NCBI GenBank assembly: GCA_964485745.1
Contig: CAZAKO010000002.1
Location: 1 to 57,888, forward strand
Reading direction: 5' to 3'
Source: an uncultured bacterium
GTDB lineage: Bacteria > Fidelibacterota > UBA2242
Length of the DNA stretch: 57,888 nt
In this document: piece by piece, positions 47,918 through 57,888 of the stretch
How positions within the stretch are numbered: position 1 is the first letter of the stretch
Layout: each line of letters begins with the position of its first letter
Notes under the pieces: model-generated
What the model saw: only the letters and a program-made list of their open reading frames with translations
The model's database searches: none
What the model was told of the DNA's origin: nothing
Position numbers and translations under genes: made by a program

Positions 47918-50527
47918 TTATTGAACCATGATTTTTATTATTTTTAAATCTTTTGCATCCGAGCTGGAACCATACAGAACCTCATATTCTCCAGAAGTGA
48001 CAGCCATATTACCACTTGCTCTATCGAAAAACTCGAACGATTTATAAGGCAGATCAATGATCGCTTGATTTAATTTTCCAGCGGCAACATCAACCCGTTG
48101 AAAGCCCCTTAAGGTTTTTAGTGGTCCGTCGGCATCGTTCACTTTACGCACATAAACCTGAACGATTTCTGTACCATCGCGTTTGCCGGAATTCTCTACA
48201 GGAATAGTGATGGTGATACTTTCATTGCTTTTGATTTTGGTTTTACTGATTTTTGCTTTGCCGATGGAAAAAGTAGTATAACTTAATCCGAAACCAAAGG
48301 GGAACAGTGGATCGGACATAAACCGGTAAGTGCGGCCTTTCATGGAATAATCTTCAAAATCACCCAGTTGATCAATGTTTTTATAAAAAGTGACGGGTAA
48401 TTTGCCGGATGGATTGTAATCGCCAAATACAACATCGGCTACTGCTTGCCCGCCGAATTCACCACTGTACCAGGCTTGCAGAATGGCATCACAGGTTTCA
48501 GTCTCGGGCACCAGTCCAATCGCCGAACCGGAACAATTCACAAAAATGATTTTCTTCCCGGCCTGTTTTAAAGCTTTCAGGCAATCTCTCTGTATTTCAG
48601 GAAGTTCAATATTTGTGCGATCGCCACCCTTGAAGCCGGGCAGCTCGACGGGCATTTGCTCGCCTTCCAGTCGGGAAGAAATACCGCCTGCGAAAATGAC
48701 CACATCAATTCCTGCCAACTTTTTGATGAGATCGTCAAATTGCACTGGAACTTCCTTGCCAAAATTCAGACTCAGGCTGGCAGGCCAGCGACCTATTTGT
48801 CTGAAACGCGCTTCGATTTTATATTCTTTGCCTTTTTCAACGTTTAATGGGAGACGAATCGTGCGTGGTCCAAACCTGACGGGCTTGTAAAGAGTATCGC
48901 CATTCACAATAAGTTCGAACCTTCCCCGCGGCTCGACTTTGAATACAAGCTCTCCTGATTCTGAGGTCTTGTAGACGGTTTCGTATTTACCGGAAAAACC
49001 CTCCAGAGTCACCCCCGGCGCAAATTCATGTTGTCCCTCCGTGGTCAGTTGGATAGGTTGGGTCATTTGTCCGGTGAATATACTCTCTCCTTCAAAATCG
49101 CGATTATTCCAATAAGTCGCTTTGATGCCCGGTTGACCATCGATGGCGCATGCGGGCACTGCGGTTTCGATGTACATTTTATCGGTCAGGTCGCATCCCC
49201 GGTCATATACAATCTCTTGGTCGGCGAGTTTGGTTTGTATGCCATTCAAAATCGTGATGGTATGAATGGGTCTGCCATTGTAATTTCCCCACAGCATTCG
49301 TTCATCATTTGCGTTAGGACCAATTACCGCAATCTTTTTTATGGACTTGGATAAAGGCAAGATGTTGTTTTTGTTCTGAAGGAGGGTCATGGTTTCCCGC
49401 GCCATGTCCAAAGCCAGTTTTTTGTGTTCATCACAATTGAGCACTGACGCCGGGATTTTTGTCCAGGGAACCAAGGCGTCGTCGTCCATCTCTCCTAAAT
49501 CGAAACGTCCGATCAAAATCCGTCTTAAACTTTTATTGATTTCTTCTTCGTCGATCAAGCCTCTTTCAACCGCTTCTGGTAACAGTTTATAAGCTGGACC
49601 GGCGCACTCCACATCCGTTCCTGCCAGAACCCCTTTGGCGGCCGCCTGGATTGGATCTGAGGAAACTTTGTGGCTGTTATAGAAGTCCGAAATTGCGCCA
49701 CAATCCGAGACCACAAGATACTTGAACCCCCATTCATCCCGCAGGATATTTTGAAGGAGTCTTGTGCTGCCACAGCAGGGTTCATCATCCAGACGTTGAT
49801 AAGCGCACATCACCTCACGGACGCCCGCATCCTGAACAAGAGACTTGAATGCCGGAAGATAGGTTTCCCATAAATCCCGAGGATCGAGGTCGTTGATGTT
49901 CATAGTATGACGGCTCGGTTCAGGTCCCGAGTGAACGGCAAAGTGCTTGGCACAAGCTAAAAGTTTTTTATATCTTGAATCAGGGTATCCCTGCAGTCCT
50001 TTGACGACAGAAATACCCATCCGAGACATCAGGTAAGGATCTTCGCCGTAGGTCTCCTGACCGCGTCCCCAGCGAGGATCACGAAAAATATTGATGTTGG
50101 GAGTCCAGACCGAGAGACTTAAAAAACGTCGATTTTCCATCCCTCTTTTTTGCGATTCGTTGTATTTGGCTCGTACTTCATCAGAGACGGCATTGAAAAT
50201 TTGAAAAACCAATTCATCATCGAATGAAGCTGCCATACCAATAGGTTGGGGGAAGACGGTGACACTGTCATTGTTTGCCAGACCATGCAACGCTTCGCTC
50301 CACCAATTGAATTTTTTTATTCCAAGGCGTGGAATAGCGTCCGATACATCACACATCAAAGTGGCTTTTTCTTCAAGTGTCAACCGTGGAATTAAATCTT
50401 TCGCCCGCTCTTCGGAGCTTAGCTCAGGATTCTGATAGGGCAGTTGCTGTCCCAGCAAATTGATCGAAAATAGGAAAATCGCGATAATAATGAACTTTTT
50501 CTTTAAAATATCTGGTAATAATCTCAT
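47918..50527 (-). CDS. GH3 exo-glycosidase with PA14 insert; paralog of 32094-34703
   Basis: 'LTLEEKATLMCDVSDAIPRLGIKKFNWWSEALHGL' and 'LVVSDCGAI', with a PA14-like insert ('ATYWNNRDFEGESI'). Collinear with the other copy along its whole length. Confidence 0.85.
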   Translation of the reverse strand: MRLLPDILKKKFIIIAIFLFSINLLGQQLPYQNPELSSEERAKDLIPRLTLEEKATLMCDVSDAIPRLGIKKFNWWSEALHGLANNDSVTVFPQPIGMAASFDDELVFQIFNAVSDEVRAKYNESQKRGMENRRFLSLSVWTPNINIFRDPRWGRGQETYGEDPYLMSRMGISVVKGLQGYPDSRYKKLLACAKHFAVHSGPEPSRHTMNINDLDPRDLWETYLPAFKSLVQDAGVREVMCAYQRLDDEPCCGSTRLLQNILRDEWGFKYLVVSDCGAISDFYNSHKVSSDPIQAAAKGVLAGTDVECAGPAYKLLPEAVERGLIDEEEINKSLRRILIGRFDLGEMDDDALVPWTKIPASVLNCDEHKKLALDMARETMTLLQNKNNILPLSKSIKKIAVIGPNANDERMLWGNYNGRPIHTITILNGIQTKLADQEIVYDRGCDLTDKMYIETAVPACAIDGQPGIKATYWNNRDFEGESIFTGQMTQPIQLTTEGQHEFAPGVTLEGFSGKYETVYKTSESGELVFKVEPRGRFELIVNGDTLYKPVRFGPRTIRLPLNVEKGKEYKIEARFRQIGRWPASLSLNFGKEVPVQFDDLIKKLAGIDVVIFAGGISSRLEGEQMPVELPGFKGGDRTNIELPEIQRDCLKALKQAGKKIIFVNCSGSAIGLVPETETCDAILQAWYSGEFGGQAVADVVFGDYNPSGKLPVTFYKNIDQLGDFEDYSMKGRTYRFMSDPLFPFGFGLSYTTFSIGKAKISKTKIKSNESITITIPVENSGKRDGTEIVQVYVRKVNDADGPLKTLRGFQRVDVAAGKLNQAIIDLPYKSFEFFDRASGNMAVTSGEYEVLYGSSSDAKDLKIIKIMVQ

Positions 50528-50563
50528 TATTTGATCCCGCGCTGCATATTAAAAATGCATTGG

Positions 50564-51733
<1,170 letters not shown>

Positions 51734-51826
51734 TCAAGATTATTTTTTAACTCTTACATTAGCTCAAATCTCAAACTTATTATTTTATCGTTTTGAATGA
51801 TTCCCATTCGTAGAGTTTAATTCATT

Positions 51827-53788
51827 TTATTTAGAAATTGTTTTAATAACAAATCCGCCCTCAGGCTGCATCGTCACGCCAATCGGTTTTGAAAAAGCAA
51901 GGTCTTTTTTTACCAGCTCAGATTTATCATCTGAATCAGTAATCAGAATCCCATTAGATTTACTGCTGATGAAAGGAATATTTAATTTTACAGTACGTTC
52001 AGCCTTCTCTCCATTGATACCAGCTATATACCAGGTATTATTTTTCTTTCGAGCCAATACGAAGTATTTCCCCGGATATCCGTCAATAAATTTCACATCA
52101 TCCCAGGTTTCGGGTAATGACCGCATATATTCTTTCACAAAATCTCTTTGCGCCGCCATACCCTCCGGCGTTTCAGCAATATGCTGAATACCGGAAGTGA
52201 ATAATACGGACAAAGCGATATCAAAACCGCCAGTTGTTCGGCGTTTTATATTCGGAATACCGGAGAAATTTACCGGTGTGAAATCCATCGGATCAAAAAG
52301 ATTTCGCGTAAATGGAATGACGGTACAATGCGAAGGTTGATTATCGGCAAAGTACTGCCCGAAGGTCACATATTCCTCTCCTCTGATTGCCTCCATGCTC
52401 ACTAAATTAGGATAGGTTCGATGCCAACCCCTCGGAAAGGTACATCCATGAAAATTTACGGCAAGATTATATTTTGAAGCGTCCTTTAGAATATCGATGT
52501 AATATTTCATCATTGATTGTCCATCACCGCCGAAGAAATCAACTTTAATACCACCAATGCCCATATCCTTTAATTTCTGAAACTCAGCGCACCTCGATTC
52601 TCTTGTAAGCATTTTGTCGCGTGGTGTAAGTGTCGTCGTATTCCAATCGCCCGCAGAGTTATACCACAATAATATTTTTACATTTTTCGTTTTAGCATAG
52701 ACAGCGAGCTCCTTAATCTTTTCATATCCAATTTTTGTATCCCAAAATGCATCAATGAGACAATATCGCCAATTCATTGAAGCCGCAAAATCAATATATC
52801 TTTGTTGAACATCGAATACCGTTGAATCATCTTTTAGAATCACCCAGCTCCACGAAGCAATACCGGGATGAAGCCACGACGAAACATCGTATTGGGCTGG
52901 AATCGCTAAATCAGTCCCTAAAGTCGATTCAACAAGACCGCCAAGATTTTCAGCTATTGCAATAATCCGCCAGGGGGTATACCATGGTAAAACCGATTCC
53001 GGCAGAAACGGTTCGTTTCCTCGGCTTTCTTGTGGTTGTGGAAATTGAATGGAATACTCACCAGCGGGAGAAAATTGACTTAGACGCGATCCACAGTAAT
53101 TGGTATCCACAGCTGTTTCGGTAATGCTCATCCAGTATTTGCCATAATTAAAAAGTGCAGGCATGACCCATCCTGCCTGATAAGGAGAAGGGGTTCCAAC
53201 TGGCATGTCAATCTGATAATATTCTTCATAGGATGGCTGAGTGAAACACCATCCGGTTCGGGCATCTGGACAGGGTTGCAGGAACGCTTTGGTCGTAAGA
53301 TCAAAGTGAAAGGAGGTTGCCTCTTTGAAAATTTTCACAGTTTTATCTGTTTTTTCAGGGAAATGATACCGGAATGCCACGCCATCGTCCGATACCTGAA
53401 AAATGATTTCGATTGTTTTTGAACTCGCATTTTTCAAATAAAAGATCCGCTTGTTGCCGAGATAATTACAATTCAACCGCTTGCCATGCAACAAGGTGTA
53501 TTTGTCGGAAACAATACTTGCATTCGAAACAGAGTCAAGAATAAGGTTAGCTGAAAAATCCCCATCGCTTCTGATGATTCCCAATTTTGACTGTTTCAAA
53601 ATAGTTGAACCCAAATGAGAAATTGAATACACCGGCTCGCCTTGAGTAGTAAGCCAAAATTCGACAGACATTTTTTGATCCGGACTTTTGATCGTATAAT
53701 TTTCTAAGCATAAACATTCACTGGAGGAGAAAAAAATTACAAAAATAGCAAATAGCCGGTTAACCCATTTCATAATCTTTATTTCCAT
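51827..53788 (-). CDS. GH97 alpha-glucosidase/alpha-galactosidase
   Basis: N-terminal 'YTIKSPDQKMSVEFWLTTQGEPVYSISHLGSTILKQSKLG' and the catalytic region 'GIGGIKVDFFGGDGQSMMKYYIDIL...NFHGCTFPRGWHRTYPNLVSMEAIRGEE'. AAGGAAAG is upstream of the ATG. Confidence 0.85.
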   Translation of the reverse strand: MEIKIMKWVNRLFAIFVIFFSSSECLCLENYTIKSPDQKMSVEFWLTTQGEPVYSISHLGSTILKQSKLGIIRSDGDFSANLILDSVSNASIVSDKYTLLHGKRLNCNYLGNKRIFYLKNASSKTIEIIFQVSDDGVAFRYHFPEKTDKTVKIFKEATSFHFDLTTKAFLQPCPDARTGWCFTQPSYEEYYQIDMPVGTPSPYQAGWVMPALFNYGKYWMSITETAVDTNYCGSRLSQFSPAGEYSIQFPQPQESRGNEPFLPESVLPWYTPWRIIAIAENLGGLVESTLGTDLAIPAQYDVSSWLHPGIASWSWVILKDDSTVFDVQQRYIDFAASMNWRYCLIDAFWDTKIGYEKIKELAVYAKTKNVKILLWYNSAGDWNTTTLTPRDKMLTRESRCAEFQKLKDMGIGGIKVDFFGGDGQSMMKYYIDILKDASKYNLAVNFHGCTFPRGWHRTYPNLVSMEAIRGEEYVTFGQYFADNQPSHCTVIPFTRNLFDPMDFTPVNFSGIPNIKRRTTGGFDIALSVLFTSGIQHIAETPEGMAAQRDFVKEYMRSLPETWDDVKFIDGYPGKYFVLARKKNNTWYIAGINGEKAERTVKLNIPFISSKSNGILITDSDDKSELVKKDLAFSKPIGVTMQPEGGFVIKTISK

Positions 53789-53799
53789 TAGTCTTTCCT

Positions 53800-55985
<2,186 letters not shown>

Positions 55986-56029
55986 GATCAGTGGATACTC
56001 GCTCTAACTTCATCCATCCAAAAGACCTT

Positions 56030-57775
56030 TTAGTCTCCCAGCCAGGCAGAAAGATTTTCCGCGGGAATCAGGATCCTGGCGATGTTCGGTCCCTGCCATG
56101 CGACGGATAAATTGTCGCCGCCACCACCTTCTTTTTGAACTGCTTCGATATAATAGAATTTCCCTGCTTCCAGTTGAAAATTAGCAGAATGCTGGAAGGT
56201 AAATTTACTGTATTCCTGATAGTTGGTCCATTCATCAACTCTAGCAATTAATGTTTTTTGGTTCGGATTCTCGTTCATACTAAGATAGAGCTGGGAAGCA
56301 TCATCGCTTGCGATCCAGAAGGAATAGGTGCCGCTGGTGTCCGGACGAACGTATCCCCTTAGACGCGACCCATAATTATCACCAAAGGCCTGCGGTCCAT
56401 TCAGCTGCTTAATGTATCTCCTGCCAGTCGGAAAATCCGGGAATCTCGGATCGGAAATTAAATTGCTTATTGACGTTCCAGGCATGTCACTCCACCATTC
56501 ACGAAGAATAAACCCAGTGTAGGATTGGACGGCGTGAACCACAATGGTATCCGCAAATTCGTTAGCCGTATCCCTGACAATTAAAAGCGTATTGCCTTCG
56601 GCCTGAGCAAGGAGAACGGCGTCAGGATAACCAGCTGCAACCGGCTCGATGTCCACAATTTCCGGATCCGCACAAGACCACTCATACATTGGAGCGGCAT
56701 TTCCACCTTGGGATAAAGCCTTCACTGTTCGGGGCACGTTTACACCGATTATCAAGGTGTCGATTCCCCCCGGTTCAGCCGGCAACCAGTTAACAGTTAT
56801 CCCCGTTTCCAAATCCTCAAATTGGCTCGCATCAAATGAGTTTTTCAGCGTGGCACCTGGTCCATTATAGGCATTGGCAGAAATGGACATTTCAACTTCC
56901 TGTGCATCCGTTCCTCTCAATGAAGATTGATAGGAGATCCAGTAATAACTATCCGCAAATTTGGCGATTGCTGCCTGGATTTTGGTGAAAACTTCGGCAA
57001 GTTGACTCGCATCAGAGACGACAATCCATCCACGATTTCCAGCCCGATTCAGGAAATCCTGATCTAGGTCACTGCCAAGACCGATTGTGTAGACGTTGGC
57101 TAGCTGGGAGGTATAGATGACCTCTTCTTTGCTCTTTTCATTTTCGGTGTCATCCCCGGCAGTAAAGACCACCAAATTCCCCTGCTGAACGACTCCCAGA
57201 TTGTAACCCTCACTGTACAGATTTAATCCGCGCGAGATGGCACCGTACAGATTTCTCTCTGACGAACCAGCTACGATCCCCTCAATTGCACTAATCAATT
57301 GGTCGAGGTCACCTGTAAAATCTTGAACCATGTTCAATGTTTTTGAAAAAGTATAAATTGCGATGGACTGCATTGGATCAAGATTACTTACAAATGCCAG
57401 AGCGGCTTCTTTTAAGGCATCCAGACTGACTCCCGTGCTGATATCCAACAGCAAGACTGTGTTCAAGCGGTAGTCGAACGTATTCCGCTTACGGACTAAC
57501 AAGGCTACCTTTTTCGGATCGATGGACACTCCGTTTTCCTTGATTGAAAAGCGGTCCACGGTTAATAAATCCGCTGCCATGCCGGAAGTGTCGAGTACAT
57601 TACAGAACAGGTGCACTTCATGCGGAGGAGAGGTCACTACACCATGTGACAGGATGATATACATGCCCACATCCGGGACCGGGTTCTGATCTTCGGGCCC
57701 TACATTATCGCCCTTGTCACACCGGATGGAGCAAAGGGTCACAATGACCAGGATAAAAAGAATTGCATTTCTCAT
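56030..57775 (-). CDS. Secreted or lipoprotein VWA-domain protein with BIg2-like and C-terminal PA14 domains
   Basis: Signal peptide MRNAILFILVIVTLCSIRC. VWA core 'NTVLLLDISTGVS...IAIYTFS...LVVFTAGDD...VYTIGLG', where the MIDAS reads DISTG rather than DxSxS. BIg2-like 'VKALSQGGNAAPMYEWSCADPEIVDIEPV'. PA14 'FGDNYGSRLRGYVRPDTSGTYSFWIASDDASQLYL...GKFYYIEAVQKEGGGGDNLSVAWQGP'. GGAGG is upstream of the ATG. Confidence 0.75.
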   Translation of the reverse strand: MRNAILFILVIVTLCSIRCDKGDNVGPEDQNPVPDVGMYIILSHGVVTSPPHEVHLFCNVLDTSGMAADLLTVDRFSIKENGVSIDPKKVALLVRKRNTFDYRLNTVLLLDISTGVSLDALKEAALAFVSNLDPMQSIAIYTFSKTLNMVQDFTGDLDQLISAIEGIVAGSSERNLYGAISRGLNLYSEGYNLGVVQQGNLVVFTAGDDTENEKSKEEVIYTSQLANVYTIGLGSDLDQDFLNRAGNRGWIVVSDASQLAEVFTKIQAAIAKFADSYYWISYQSSLRGTDAQEVEMSISANAYNGPGATLKNSFDASQFEDLETGITVNWLPAEPGGIDTLIIGVNVPRTVKALSQGGNAAPMYEWSCADPEIVDIEPVAAGYPDAVLLAQAEGNTLLIVRDTANEFADTIVVHAVQSYTGFILREWWSDMPGTSISNLISDPRFPDFPTGRRYIKQLNGPQAFGDNYGSRLRGYVRPDTSGTYSFWIASDDASQLYLSMNENPNQKTLIARVDEWTNYQEYSKFTFQHSANFQLEAGKFYYIEAVQKEGGGGDNLSVAWQGPNIARILIPAENLSAWLGD

Positions 57776-57815
57776 CTCTTACCTCCAATTTGACATCAAA
57801 TGCATAATGTCCTTT

Positions 57816-57888
57816 TTAAAACGTCGCACCAACGGTGAACATGGAATAATTGCCCAAGAGACCGATTGATTTATAGGCATAATCCAAC
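57816..57888 (-). CDS. 3' end (last 24 codons) of an outer-membrane beta-barrel-type protein; the rest lies outside the window
   Basis: The reverse frame reads '...LDYAYKSIGLLGNYSMFTVGATF*' (TAA at 57818-57816). Hydrophobic residues alternate and the terminal residue is Phe, as in OMP beta-signals. Only 24 aa are visible. Confidence 0.4.
   Translation of the reverse strand, partial: LDYAYKSIGLLGNYSMFTVGATF

Overview
All credible genes in this 57.9-kb window lie on the minus strand. They form one tightly packed, co-directional cluster of about 31 genes, almost all carbohydrate-active enzymes. Recognisable families, from conserved motifs in the translations: GH51 x2, GH3 x3 (all with PA14 inserts), GH95, GH29, GH43 x2, GH2, GH127, GH5, GH39, GH42, GH31, GH97, several CE1-type esterases including a tandem fusion, a CE7-like acetyl esterase, a type-B carboxylesterase and another alpha/beta-hydrolase. 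A small L-fucose module (fucP, fucU, Zn-ADH, aldo-keto reductase) sits inside the cluster. This enzyme set fits side-chain removal from fucogalacto-xyloglucan, arabinoxylan and arabinan-type hemicellulose. Four enzymes end in a type-A T9SS sorting domain ('NYPNPF...KK.L.K'); the rest have Sec or lipoprotein signals. Most genes have strong GGAGG-like Shine-Dalgarno sites. T9SS tails together with SD use suggest a non-Bacteroidia member of the FCB group (Ignavibacteria/Calditrichota-like); this is inference only. I saw no SusC/SusD pair, regulator, tRNA/rRNA, CRISPR or mobile element. Most interesting items: (1) a 763-aa secreted protein at 45613-47904 that I cannot assign to any family; (2) a DUF1593 nucleoside-hydrolase-like lipoprotein; (3) an unassigned clan-GH-A-like enzyme with a T9SS tail; (4) a GH51 whose inserted malectin-like domain looks circularly permuted; (5) an outer-membrane-protein tail plus a VWA/BIg2/PA14 lipoprotein at the upstream end; (6) a fucose module lacking fucI/K/A; (7) strong GC mosaicism with xenolog-like esterase/GH3 modules. 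Several N-termini in the ORF track are inflated by TTG starts, and one real gene at the left edge is missing from the track.
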